Shown: piece after piece, positions 49,565-62,588 of the stretch | Layout of the letters: every line of letters starts with the position of its first letter | Numbering within the stretch: position 1 is the stretch's first letter | NCBI RefSeq assembly: GCF_021028975.2 | Contig: NC_059427.1 | Coordinates: 73,966,001-74,030,000 of the forward strand | Reading direction: 5' to 3' | Source: Sphaerodactylus townsendi | Lineage: Eukaryota | DNA: 64,000 nucleotides | Translations under genes and position numbers: made by a program | Notes under the pieces: model-generated | The model's input: the letters and a program-made list of their open reading frames with translations, nothing else | What the model was told of the DNA's origin: nothing | Databases searched by the model: none

Positions 49565-50265
49565 CAGAGGAGTGCATGCAGGGGGAAATGGGGCCTGGGG
49601 GCAACACCAGCTCCAGGTGCTCCCCTCACTCCCCAATTGCCTTAGCTGGTGACTGCTCTGGCAGTCCTGGGCAGCCTGGGATGGCTGTGCCAAGAGGCAC
49701 CCGGTGGCGACTCAGCCAGGCTGCTCCTTAAGCCGGCAGAGCCCTCCCCCACCCCCGGTGAGCCGCTCGGTGCTTGCAGCTAGCTGCTTCCCTGCTGCCT
49801 TATCTTCAGCCTCTTTCTCTTGTGGGGCTGGGATGAGGGGCAGGGAGGTGGGCCGGCTGTGCACTAACTCCCCAAGCCAGCCTAGCTGCTGCCACCTCAC
49901 CGGGCTTCTGGCTTAACTCCCTCCATTACGCCAGCAGCTGATCAGCTCCTTGGCCCGGCCCCGCAAGAGGAAGAGGCCAAAGATGAGGCATCAGGGAGGT
50001 GGCCAGTTGCATGCGCCAATGAAGGTTGAACTAGGGAGGGAGGCAGCAGCAAATGCTGGCGAGTCCACGCCTGTGGCCAGCTGCCTCCCTGCTTCATCTT
50101 CGGCCTCTTTCTCTTGCAGGGCCGGGCCAAGGGGCACCTGGCAGGCCTGCAAAAGGCTTCAGGGTGTGTGTGTGTGTGGGAAATGTTGGGGCCCCCCATG
50201 TGACCAGATAGGTGGCGCCTGGGGACATGGGTTACCCCCATGTCCTTCTGGCAGGTACGCCCCTT
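49565..50265. mobile_element. Non-autonomous hAT-like element (GC-rich)
   Basis: TSD CTTAGTGT/CTTAGCGT; degenerate TIR; internal repeated units. Confidence 0.55.
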
Positions 50266-50602
50266 CTTAGCGTTTAGGCATATTTCTTCTTGAACTGGGC
50301 CAGAGTTCCAGAACTTGCCACAGAGCAATCCCACACCTGTTTTTTTAAAGGAGATGGAATTACAGGGTCAATAAAATGGAGCATGTGTACATGTGCAATT
50401 TATATGTTCATGTATTCAACAGGAATGTACTTTGGCAGCCTCCCAGATACGTATCCTCCCACAGGTTAGGTTGTCATAGGTCCTTGTCAAACACCTGTCC
50501 TTTTCCCAGAAGTGCCTGACATCTCAGAATTTTTTACCATGCCTCTGATAAGATGGCAATGCCTAGATGGTGTGAACTGGGAGTTTAACTATCCATCCCT
50601 CA

Positions 50603-50737
<135 letters not shown>

Positions 50738-50967
50738 TTAGAGAACAAGAGTCAGGATACAGCAACATTCTTCACTATCTCACATTTATTTGGACACCAA
50801 CTTTTAAAAAATTCTATTATATGCAGATGACATGGCTAGAATTACTCTGGTCCCGTACCATCTTCATTATTGCCCATCGAAGTTCCTGTAATGTCTAAGG
50901 GTGTTGGTCTTAGGCTTATACAGGAATGAATGCCTTGGGTCTGTATACTTGAGGCAATCAAGATTCC

Positions 50968-51430
50968 CTACATCGCTTCTTGATAGGACCCTCCTCTGAC
51001 TCGAGGAATAATTCTATAGTGGTCCCTGCCCCCAAACACATCTGGCTGACCTCCACTAGGGCCAGGGCCTTTATGGCCCTGGCCCCCCTGTGGTGGAACA
51101 GGCTCCCTAGAGAGACTAGGGCCCTGTGGGACTTATCGAGTTTCTGCAGGGCCTGCAAAACAGACCTGTTCTGCTAGGCATTTGGCCAGCCGGGCTGAGT
51201 GTGGTATATCGTCCCAACCTCTTGTGGGCTAGGGGTGGGAGTGGGATTTTTATTGCCATTTAAACTGCTTTGGATTTTATTCTGTTTTTTTAGAACGTAT
51301 ATTGTGGTTGATTTTAAATAATATTTATATTGTAGAGCTTTATTGTGTTGTAAGCCGCCCTGAGCCCTTCGGGGGAGGATGGCCAGTAAATCGAAAGTAT
51401 AAATAAATAAGTAAATAAATAAATAAATAA
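50968..51430 (+). mobile_element. L2 LINE 3' end with (TAAA)n tail
   Basis: RARAFMALAPLWWNRLP...FCRACKTDLF; TGTAAGCCGCCCTGAGCCCTTCGGGGGAGG. Confidence 0.85.
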
Positions 51431-51559
51431 TCTCCCTCATGAAAACTGGTTTGAGAAGGCTGTTTGTAGGCACTGAGTTTATGCTGCAAGGAAGAAGCCT
51501 TCAGCATCGATTATAAGACAAAAATGATGGTCTCTTGAAAAAGGGCAAAAATATCATCT

Positions 51560-52732
51560 TGGGAGTATACTTGGAAACCCAATTAAACAGTGCAGCTCTT
51601 GGAGTTACATTTAAGGAGACCTTGAACAGGAATGTGCATCTGGCAACAGTTACGTCTTCTGTGTTACATATAGTGGGGACCATTCTGCATTATTTCTATA
51701 CAAAGGGAGGTTTCTTTATAGATCCTGTCATAAAATTATATAAAAGTATGGTTGTCTTCCACCTCCTATACGGAGCGCAAGTGTGGGGATGGGAAGAGGA
51801 CATCTTAGCTCATCTAGAAATAATTCAAAACCCAAATTCTAGTTCTCTGCAAGGAGAGCCGGGCTGCCCTGATGACAACGGACATTGGCTTCTGCTCTCT
51901 TATGAAGCAGGCACATCTGGCTGTTCTAAAGACCAGAACAGCTAGATTAAAATTGTTCATCAGTCAATCACTGATTATCCAATGATCCAACATGTTATCC
52001 AATGATCCAACATGTTATCCAATGATCCAATGCCTTGACTTCCTCAGTAATATACTACCCCAACACTCAATCCCAGACAACCTTCTACAGCCATCAGCAA
52101 ACAATTCCCAACTTAGAGACTAGGTGTGTAAATTTCATTCCTTGACGGACAGATCACCAATCTTGAAATCAGCAACTGCTCCATGGGTTCAGTTATTCAA
52201 AAATGATCATCTCAGAGCTTCCTACTTAGTCAATATTTCAAATCAAAATCTTAGAACAGCTTTCATGTCTTTATGCTTTCAAACGATGCCAACGGTTGTA
52301 TTGACCAGACACCACTGTCTTGCCAAAAGACCAACACTTTCGTATCTTGAGGATCTCTAACATTGGAGGATCTACCCTCCAATGTCTTTGACTGTCTGTT
52401 GTATGTAGAACTCAAGGGTAAATTTTTGGCAGGATGGTTTGTGGTTTAAAGATCCACTCTAACACTTATAAACTAATATTTCTGTTATCAGATTCTGGTG
52501 AGCACGTTTCTCATAGAATGTCTCTGGCAGCAAAGAAAATTAGGTCCAGTGTGGTTGCTAAGACAGCAGTTTTTTTAGATCTGATTCTATCCATTGTTAT
52601 GTTTTACTGGTATATTCTTGTATATTTTAGCCAGTGTTGTATATTTTTGTTATGTACACTCAAAGTTTTGAGGTAACTATTGATGTGTTTAATAGTCTAT
52701 AGCTACATACAAATAAATTCATTCACATTCAC
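51560..52732 (+). mobile_element. RTE-X-like LINE 3' fragment
   Basis: KLYKSMVVFHLLYGAQVWG...LEIIQN motif; AATAAA plus (TTCA)n-like tail. Confidence 0.55.
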
Positions 52733-52859
52733 TAGTATGACTAATGTTAAAAAAACTTTTAAGAGAAACAAGTCTTCTCAGCTTCAAGAATGAGGTGAGG
52801 AAAAAACAGAACAGCAATGGGATACTTTCTTCATGGCAACAAAATGAGAACTGAGGGAG

Positions 52860-53340
52860 TGGCACTCTTCCTGGTCATGTGATGATTTAAGGGGGAGAGT
52901 GCCAGAGGGAGGGGATTCTCCCCATTGGACAGAAAGCTTTGGAAATATTTTCCATGCCTGGCCTGTATGAACACAGACCCAAGTGGCACTGCATAGAAGC
53001 CATAATGATGAGCATCACATTTATTGCCTCAAATATGATACGGATGGTACAAGCAGAATTTGTTGCTGACTGATATTTGGATACAAGTTTAACACACTGA
53101 CCTAATAGTTTGGCTACCATCAAAATACATCTGAGAGTCTGGCTCTCTCTACAGCCTTCAAAACGATTGAATCTGCATCCTGTTTGCTGGTCAAGCACAT
53201 TCCACACTCTGACAATGCTGTTGGCCTTTAGAAAGGTACAGTGTAGGTGATTGATACAACTTGTGGATGGGGAACCTGGAGCTCTAATCACATGTACATT
53301 ATTTTCAGTGGCAATCAAGCGAGCTGATTTGAAGCAGTGT
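52860..53340 (+). mobile_element. Possible DIRS tyrosine-recombinase C-terminal remnant
   Basis: Frame-broken QAHST and GTWSSNH motifs resembling AHSTR...ATWSS.HTF. Confidence 0.35.
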
Positions 53341-53595
53341 GAAGACTTACTGGGAATCCCAGCCCCACTGGTGTAAAATTACTCCTACATGTGCCTTCTA
53401 CCAATACTATTCTTAAGCAGTCAACAACAAAACCAAGTTCACACACGTTAAAGGGAGACTATTTCCATGGTGTGCCAAGGTCATCCTGAGTTGGAAAGAA
53501 GCACTAACTAGCTATCCTCCTAAAAGTAGCAGATTCAGTTTGACTTACTTAAAAATTGGCTTCTTATGATAAAAGCTACAGCAGACAAAGTTTAC

Positions 53596-53778
53596 CTCTG
53601 AGACTGAAACTGTGGAGAGACATCTTCTACTTGTGTAGTTTCAGCTAACTGAAGTTCTGGAATAGAAATGTTGTTCTTGTCCACTGTTGTTTCTGACAAA
53701 CAACCTGATTCATGCAGATCTCTGTGCTGGGAAAATCTTGTTCCAACAACTGCAGCTACTAGCCAATCAATCAGTTCC
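53596..53778 (-). CDS. SIMC1: SIMC1 exon 6
   Basis: CTATCAG| ELIDWLVAAV...QSQ AG|GTAAAC; phase 2-2. Confidence 0.88.
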
Positions 53779-54005
53779 CTGATAGAAAAAGCATAAGTAT
53801 TATTGACCCACTTCTGTGACCTCTTGCCTTGTCTGAACACAGCCATTCCATTGAAGAAATTTACAGGTGCTTTGTCCAAGTGAGACTTTGCTATTTTCAA
53901 TTATTTAACTTTAGACTAACTCATATATATGTAAGCACTTGTATGCAATAATCATCCTATAATACTGCCTGGCTGGAATTAAGCACATACAGCACAAAGC
54001 ACCTG

Positions 54006-54240
54006 AAGAAGAAGAGTTTGGATTTATACTCCACTTTTCTCAACCATAAGGAGTCTCAAAGTGGTTTACAAACTCCTTCCCTTCCTTTCGCCACAACAGA
54101 CTCCTTGTGATATAGGTGGGGCTGAGAGTTTGAACAGAGCTGTGACTAGCCCAAGGTCACCCAGCAAGGCATCGTGTGTAGGAGAGAAGAAAGAAATCCA
54201 GTTCACCAGATTAGATTACGCTGCTGATGTGGAGGACTGA
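54006..54240 (-). mobile_element. Squam3-type SINE
   Basis: (GAA)n tail, GTTTGGATTTATA, GACTAGCCCAAGGTCACCCAGC. Confidence 0.8.
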
Positions 54241-54379
54241 TTTTTACTGCACTCAATATCATGCATCCGTGACTGGGCAAACTGCTATTTGAACCAATAT
54301 GCCCAACATAAACTTCCCAAGGCTTTGTTTGCCTGACCTGGCTGGTGTAGACCCTCTGTGGGGGGGGTAAGGCTTATAC

Positions 54380-54534
54380 TCATCTTTTAATGCTGTTGTT
54401 GCCAGGTCACAGGAAAGCATTTTCTTGGCAATGGATTTATGCAGAATGCCGTTTCTGGCTGTTGTTTGGAAGTCATCCTCCAAAGTCTGGAGCATGTATT
54501 TCAAGAACAGGAGTCTTCCAGGAAACTTCTTCTC
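54380..54534 (-). CDS. SIMC1: SIMC1 exon 5 (3' boundary uncertain)
   Basis: CCTCAG| EKKFPGRLLFLKYMLQTLEDDF...MLSCD; the only nearby phase-compatible donor is GA|GTATAA. Confidence 0.8.
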
Positions 54535-55795
54535 CTGAGGAGCCAGAAAGAATGATGAAGAACTGTGCCTGATCCCTCTGGTTCATTCAGTGAACAACAA
54601 ACAGAAATGCCTGTGCTGAAGCTCACTGGCAGAAGCCAGTGGGCAAACTGCAAGAGGTGGTTGAGTGTGCAAACTACAAGAGATGGGTGACGCAAGAAAG
54701 GGAATAAAACCATGACATTTTCCCAGAATAGCTCAGGCAGGAATAATGTGTTTTAGTCAGAGTTGTTCTTTTTCTCTTTTATCCCTAACCCCAACCTGTA
54801 CCAAGGTAACAAAAATTCTGTGATCTCCATAAAGTATGTAATTTTGAATAGGTTTCTTGAAAAATGTTTTTCCAAGCCATTCCACCCACAGAGGAGTGGG
54901 AAGGGCAGAAACTCCCCATAATTAGAATCCTAGTCAATCTTTGGCTTTCAAAACATCCAGTTATGCCCTTACATTACTGTTTATATCACCACAGAAACAA
55001 GAAAAAAATTAAAAGAAACTTCACATTTTCAGTGTGCTGAGCTTGGCATTTGTATAAAATTGAATAAGATATACAACTTTCATGGTAGTTAAGCCAATAT
55101 AACACCTTCTCTGGACTATACAATGTTTTATCAAGTGTATATATTGGAGAGACTGAGGCATAAAGAAGCAAAGAAAGTTTGCCAAGTGGGCAAAAAATCT
55201 GTGGGAAGACTTCTGTTGGCTGTGCTGGCTGTGCCTGTGCAAAGAGTCCTATGCTGGCAAAGCAGCCTGTTGTGCCAGAGGAAGGCACCATTGTTAGTGG
55301 AAAAGTTTTGTAGAATCCAGTTCACTGACATTAATTGTTTCATTTTCTAAGGAGGGTACAGTATGCCAGTTGCACAATAATCACCTTGGACTGCTAAGAC
55401 TTGCTGCCTCTGTGTATGAAGCAGAACAGCTTTGTGGATCATGCCCACCGCCTAAATCTCCAAGCACTGAGAATTTAATGCAAATTAAGAAAAAAACATT
55501 TATTATTTTGGCAAGCTTCATGTTGGCCTTTCACTGGACTATTCAAAACTGCTTGCTATTCCAAAAAGCACAACATGTCATTGTACAGGCCCTGATTAAT
55601 TGGCAGGAACCAGGAAGCCTAGTTAAGTAGAACTCCTCCATTTGCTACAATAAATGCAAATTAATCTCTGCTAGACTGCCTTGGCTGAAACCAGATTTTT
55701 AGCAAAGAGGCTGGCATGGGAACCCCTCACAAAGCAAAACCTGGCAGAATTACAGCAGTCATAATCATGCTTCCCACTCACTGGGGTCAACATAC

Positions 55796-55865
55796 CTGCT
55801 CTATCATCACCTTGCGTAGCAGGTCCCAGTCCCAAACCACTGTGTCAGCTTTTGCTGGGTGAAGT
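55796..55865 (-). CDS. SIMC1: SIMC1 exon 4
   Basis: TTTCAG| LHPAKADTVVWDWDLLRKVMIEQ |GTATGT. Confidence 0.93.
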
Positions 55866-56848
55866 CTGAAATTTAAAATTAGGCCCATTATACCAAGTTT
55901 TCCTTCCATGTTCTTGTTTTAAAGTGTGTGGCATAGTCATTGTGTGATTTGATGATTTCTTAGCTAAATTTCAACAGTGGGAGATGGACCAAAATCCAAG
56001 TTACTCTGATGGGCACTAATGAGGGTGGGGGGGAATTGACTCTTTAGAGATGGCTTAATGGTTCACTAGTGCATTTGCCCATCCCACCGTGCTAACTTAA
56101 GTCATTGGGGAGGGCAAACTGGGAGAGGGTGGATGCTGTGGCCAGCTGTTGGCCAGCATGGCTAGGGTCATTCCCAGGGGTGGAGATGACTTTAGTCAGC
56201 TTCTACCAGGTTTTTGTACTGGGAATGCCCCCTGCAAGGCCCTCAGACAGCAGCTGGGGGGAGGGGGAGAGAATATGAGTTCTAAGGCATAGTCCCTTCT
56301 TTAGCAGTGTGTGGTCCAGGGAACAGTGTTGCTGTTTCATTTGAGGGAGGAATATTTTTGGAACGCTAATAAAGTTCCCATCTCACCATGGAGGCAGCCA
56401 CAGGCTGAGCCCCTGAACAGCCTCTGCACGGTCCTTATGAGGGGGGAGGATAGGGAGACCACACTTTAAATGTCTGCCAAGATCAGACTTTTCTTTGCAG
56501 CAATGCCTTCTCATTTCATTAGCTGATTATTTTTAAATGTAAAATACAGTATATTCTACAACAGCAATGTCAAGAATTGACTTTCTCTTGTGTGTGTGTG
56601 TGTGACCTTGGGATTGTTGCTAGCCGCGCAGCTGGAATGCTTATCATGTTTGGCTCATTGCCTAGATGTAGTCTGTGAAACTTCTTGCAAATGTTTCCCT
56701 GGCCTTGTGAAGGGTGGTTGGTGGGGCCTGGGGAATGATATAGTTCTGATCGAGTGTATCTTGTCAGATTTCTCCTTTCCCTGTATGTGTATCAACTCAG
56801 CCTGCAAATAAAGGATTCTTTGAATAAGTGCCTGAATTTGTCTGGACC

Positions 56849-56973
56849 CAGGATCTGCAACCTGCGGCTCTCCAGATGTTCATGGACTACAATTCCCATC
56901 AGCCCCTGCCACCATGGCCAATTGGGAATTGTAGTCCATGAACATCTGGAGAGCCGCAGGTTGCAGACCCCTG
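56849..56973. mobile_element. Palindromic hAT MITE, internally deleted
   Basis: Same subfamily as 14971-15118; TSD not clean. Confidence 0.8.
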
Positions 56974-57747
56974 GGACTAAGTGAGATTCCTTACAAGCAA
57001 AGCTGTCCTTCCCTCAATTATCTGTAGATTGGATATTTCACATTGCCTTTGCCTGACACTTGTGGGACATCTGAAATTTGCATTTAGCTCAGTATTGTCT
57101 ATTCTGACAGACCACAGCTCTTCAAAACCTCAGGCAGGAAAAAGGCCATTCCTTCCACCTGTTCATTCGGATCCTTCAACTGGAGATGCCAAAGACAGGG
57201 ACAGCTTCTCCCCAACTAGTCAATCCAGCATAAAATGAAGTTGGTGGTACAAATTCAGGGAAAGTTTTTTCATTGTAATGTGAATTTGTTAACCTGATTG
57301 CTGAGCTTCAAACAGGACCAACAGGATTTAAAATACAAAGTCATTAATTACATGAGTGTTTCTGGAAGTGTGGCTAGATGCTGTTCTCTTCTATTCTTAT
57401 TTTATTAATTATATTTATACCTTGCCTAATTCCCAGTTGAAGCCAGGCTCAGGGCGGCTTACAAAAACAGACTAAAACCAATACACTGTAAAATCACAAA
57501 TAAACACTAAAATATAGAAACCAAGTAAAACACTTATACGTTGTTCTTAAAACCAAATACAGACAGCTGCATTAATAATCCAATCCCCAAGCCTAATATA
57601 TCTCTCTCTCTCTGCTATGATAACTCTCAAGCCAGCCAGTCGATTGTGACTACATTATAAACCTGAGAGAGTTTTCTCTCAACAGTGAAGACCAGTCGAC
57701 CCATGATAGACAGCACCAAATATAAGGGTAGTACATGAGATACATAC

Positions 57748-57986
57748 GCCTGGATTTTCATCAGCAGCATGTAGGCATCTCTGAGTATCTCTTGTTGTAC
57801 TTCTGAGCTCAGCAAAATCTGTCTGACCAAGTCCTGCATGGTCTTCTCTGGAGGGTAGTACTGGGAGGATACATAATCCATAAGGAAGTCCAAGGTCCCA
57901 CGAAAGAAGTTCTCCTCGACAGTACTGGATACTATACCGCCCAAATCTACATCGAAGAGCAGGTTGAGGTCTCTCTGTTGTTTGTT
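57748..57986 (-). CDS. SIMC1: SIMC1 exon 3
   Basis: TAATAG| NKQQR...VSSTVEENFFRGTLDFLMDYVS..YPP...AYMLLMKIQ |GTATGT. Confidence 0.9.
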
Positions 57987-59550
57987 CTATTAACGTGAGT
58001 GAGACATCAGGAATTCATACATCATATTAAGGAACCTTCATGCCATGCTGTTTGAAGAGCTTCACTTGCCTAATGGAAACACACTCAGCTATGTAACTTC
58101 ACGAGTTATCTTAAAAATATTCTGAGGAATTCAAATCTCAGGCATATCGGCAGCTTTTATGACAGAAATGTGGGAGATATTTGCTACAGTATAACAAGTT
58201 AACTTTTATTACAGCATTTTCACCCTACCTTCCTCTACCTCCAAGGTAGTTCATAACCAAAGTTAGGCATAATCCAACATACAATGCAATAATTAAAAAA
58301 AACCCCACACAAGCAGAATCAGTAGCCAATTATAAGCTTAGATCTCTAAGCAGTTGCCCAGTGCTGCCAACAGTCAAACTTGGTGCCTGAGAAAAACATT
58401 CCAACATTTGGGGGCCTCTGCAGAGATGGTCTGGTTTCTGGGAGCTATCTATCTTCTTCCTGTAGGAGGGGACACTTGAAAAATACTTTAATGGAAGATC
58501 TTAAGGCCTAGGCAGATTCAGATGGGAGAGTGGTCCCCAAGATACCCTTGCTCAAGATTGCTTAAGGGAAGGGAAGAATGGCACAAAAAATAGCCAACGT
58601 TCATGGGGTTACCATTTACCAAATTTGCCAGTTAACCAAGCTTTCTCCCAGCAACTGCCCCTGAGTCACTTGGACAATGACACTTTGCCTCCATCTTCAA
58701 GGCTGGATCTAACAGCAGCCCCTAAGCTGTAAAATTTGATGTAGTTGGAATGCAAACATCCCAAACAGGCTGCATCATGACTCCCTGATCACAGAAGTGT
58801 GACAGGGAAAGGCCAGGGATGGAACCCACCTACCAGGATCCTGAAGGTGCTCCTCATGAGGAAAAGCCTAAGGTAAAGCTGGAAACCAAAGGGAACATCA
58901 GCACCTTTCAGCAACCTGTCCAAAAAATCAAGACAAACCCCAAGTGGAGCTGGTGAGGGCTATCAGTCTTGGAGTAGGGCTAAGCCAGCAGCCAGCAGCA
59001 GCAGCTGGGAGTAGGTGGGGGCAGCAGAGCAGCCAACCCAGACTGCTTGTTAAGGCAAGGCTTAAAAACAACAGTGTGAGGCTTGCTGGGGAGGATGGCA
59101 GATGGAACAGCAAGAACATGTGAGCCAGGAAGGATGCTGCCAATTACTTTTTTGCTCTGTATGCCTGAAGGACTGAATAAACAACTGGTGAACTGACTGG
59201 AGAGTCTTGTGTGTGTTTGGAATCAATTGACTCTTGACCCTTATCCAGTGATAAGTGATCATTTGGAAGACACCTAGGCTGGCCACAATAGACTTCACTT
59301 TAATTACATGATCTGGACCTGGGTAAGCAAGACAAGTGGTATGTATGTCTCAGCCATGCCCTCTTCCCCATCTCCTTTTATTAAAAGCCAAGACTCTGAG
59401 ATGAAGGAGAAAGAGTAGCTATAGTGTTCCAGAAGATCACCTCCCTCTTTACAATTCCAATCCAATATCTGTATGAGGCATCTGGGGGTGGAAAATTTGG
59501 CCCTCTATACCAAAATTCTGGTTAGGAAACTAATTTCTCCCATCAATTAC

Positions 59551-60315
59551 CTGTTTGGCATCCTTTCCATATAACATGTTATGGAGAAAGGGATGATGTA
59601 CAGGCACCCCCGGGAAATACTGCAATGTTTTCAACCAGACTTTGATGTCAATCTGCTGATTTGGTTCCTGATTATCTGGCTTTACAACATCTGGTGTTGG
59701 ATTATTTGTCCCTAACATAAACTGTTCACTTTCTCTTAGTAATGTAGCATTCAGAGGATACTGGGAAATGGGGGATCTTGGAGAGTGTCTCTGATCAGGT
59801 GGAGCAAGTTGTGAGTTAAGATCGCCCTCAGGTAGGCAGCAACTATGAGTATCTTCTCCAGGGTCCTGGAGCGTTTCATGTTCACTGCTACCATTGGCTG
59901 AGGAGGTAGAGGAAACATCTGAGCCCAACAGTGGGCTCCCCAAAGATCCCAAGTCACTGTTGTAAGTGGTGTGGCTAGTGCTTTCTGAGTCATCATCATA
60001 GCTAGGGAAAAGGCCAAAGTTGCCTTGGAAGCAGGCGTGTTGCATGACATCATCCTTGGGGGAAGGTTGTTTCCGGTTCCCCAGGTCAAGCGACATATCA
60101 AGAGTCCTTTCAGGATCCAGAATGGTGAGGAATTTAGGAGAATCCACAGGTTGCATGCTGGCTGAAGTCCAGTGTGTTAGGTTCACAGAAAGATAGCCAT
60201 CACTGTGAAGAGGGCTGACCATTGTCTCCTCAGTCTGTGTCAGATCAATTACACCAAGGTCATGGTACACAGCTGTTTTCTCAACCAGATCCTCTCCAGT
60301 CAGATCAATAAACTC
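59551..60315 (-). CDS. SIMC1: SUMO-interacting motifs containing 1, exon 2 (SIMs FIDLT and VIDLT); exon 1 is outside the window
   Basis: CTTGCAG| EFIDLTGED...VIDLTQ...WLKTLQYFPGVPVHHPF...KQ |GTAATT; 765 nt, phase 0-0. Confidence 0.92.
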
Positions 60316-61237
60316 CTGCAAGAGAGATTCCAATAACTGTACAGCCCAATAGAATGAAGCATGATTGGTTTTATTTACAAAGCCTAAAATGGTTTGTGAC
60401 CAGCACACCCTACAAACTGCTACATCCCATAAGAATCCGCAAGACCGACAACATCCTAAACACCACAGTGAGATAACAGAGCACACACAAAAAAGGTATT
60501 GTTACTGAATTTCCTGTCCTTGGTGATTCATTCAATTTATAGTGCACACCTATCTCACAAAAGTGCTAACTTGGAGTCCAGTGGCACCTTAGAGTCCAAT
60601 GAGATTTTCAGGGTATGAGTTTTGACTCTCTAAGATGATAGTGGACTCCAATCCAGATGTCTTAGTGAAAATCAATGTGGTTGCCCTCTGAAACTCTCCT
60701 CACATATTTTTATTTTGTTACCCAGGATTATTAATTGGTGGGATAAGATTCTGCTCCCTCAGTAAGCTTTCACACCTCTTAGTCCTGGGTATTTATATGT
60801 GGTCATTACACCCTGTCAAATGGGCCCACAGGTGACAGTAGCTCACCTAAAGCACAATAAAATGCACCTGTGCTTCTGCCCTACACTGAGGTTCAGGAAG
60901 AGGCAAGCAAGGTTCTGAGCATTCTGTGGTAGCTGTCTTGAAACCTTGTGCTAGGTGTCTCTGAGGGATGCCTGCCAGTTGATTGTCTCCCACCTGCTCC
61001 AATTTCTCACAGGCTCCCAACTGGTTATTACAATTTGTAATTGCTTCAGTTTTATTGGCATGACCATGCATATGAGGCACAACTCTTCAGCTGACCTCAC
61101 TCACTGTGTGAAGCAGGATGGGGCATTAAACAAGTGAGCCATACATCTACAGATCTATGAGAGGCCAAGACAGCCACTGGGGCGGACGGGAAGCATTGAA
61201 AAAGTTTCCCATAGGCTTCCATACTACAAAGAATATA

Positions 61238-61535
61238 GAAGAAGAAGAAGAAGAGTTTGGATTTATATCCTCCCTTTCTCTCCTGTAAGGAGACTCAAGG
61301 TGGCTTACAATCTCCTTGCCCTTCCACCCTCACAACAAACACCCTGTGAGGTGGGTGGGGCTGAGAGAGCTCCCAAAAGCTGTGACTAGCCCAAGGTCAC
61401 CCAGCTGGCGTTTGTGGGGGTGCACAGGCTAATCTGAATTCCCCAGATAAGCCTCCACAGCTCAGGCGGCAGAGCTGAGAATCAAACCCGGTTCCTCCAG
61501 ATTAGATACAAGAGCTCCTACGCCACTGCTGCTCC
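61238..61535 (-). mobile_element. Squam3-type SINE, near full length
   Basis: (GAA)n tail through to B-box-like GAATCAAACCCGG. Confidence 0.85.
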
Positions 61536-62588
61536 TATAGAGCAAAAGCGACATTCAGAGGTAAATGAGGGAATCCCAGAGGCCAAGAAATCTAATAACT
61601 GCCTTTCTGGGCAGGTTTCAAAGCAAAATGCTGAAGTCACATATGCTATGAAACCTTCTTTCAGCAACCTCTCAACATGTTCTGGTTGACTTTGATAACC
61701 CTGATGAGGGGCAGGGCATGCATTTTCAAAGAAATTAAACAATGAAATAATTGGACAAGATACTTAGCATCTTGAAGTGCTATTCATAAGACAGCAGAGT
61801 CAGTTCAAAACATTTTTAGCTCAATTGCCACAGCAGAGAAATCGAACAAGGGAGAAGTAAATTCACCACAGAAAACAAGGCAAGTCTGATAACGATCAGT
61901 TTCTAAGCATGAGATCAAGGCTTCATTTTAAAAGTTACAGCCAAATAGCCAATGAAACAATTCTGAGAAAGGCAAAAAAGGACATCCAGTGGTACCTTGA
62001 AAACTTAACATTTATTCCAGTATGAGCTTTTCTAAGACAGAGCACAAGATTAAAAAATCCTGAACTTAAACACAGCTCCTATACACTGAATTTGAAACCA
62101 AACAGACTGTTTCCAACTACCATTCCTTCAAGTAATTTGTTTCTGTACCTCTCTCAGTAGGAACCTCCAGATATTCAAAAGCTGCTTTAGAATTAAAGGG
62201 CCAACGGAAGCCCATTCGGAGGGGGGGGGAGGGATTGCTGACAGACTGCCTCCATGACAGTGTCTGTAAATGGCTTTTGAGAAGAAATCAGAGCAGGTTC
62301 AAGGTGGCCTACCTTACAGGGGTGGATGGCAGACAGGTAATCACATACACATTTTCCACTGAAGTTTCTACACTATCTTGTTTGTCCATGTTTATATCTA
62401 AACCCAGCATCTTACTTTGGGTGGTCAGCTTATTGTGTGTTATCATGCTGACTAAAATGATAGCAAGGGTCTTCAGTTGGCCAATTGGAAATAGAATATG
62501 ACTTTATTTGAGTAATTTAGAATTTTACTTATTGGCAGTCTTAATTATGATTTTAAATTGTGACCTATGTATTGTTTTTTAAAAATTA

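Noticed and set aside
58798-59250. Second solo LTR in SIMC1 intron 2
   Set aside because: TG start, TATA-like and AATAAA motifs present, but no clean CA end or TSD
60316-60486. N-terminal part of the 318-aa ORF (MCSVISLW...) as the SIMC1 start
   Set aside because: Non-ATG start and intronic; a clear acceptor at 60316 precedes EFIDLT, and exon 1 must lie beyond the window
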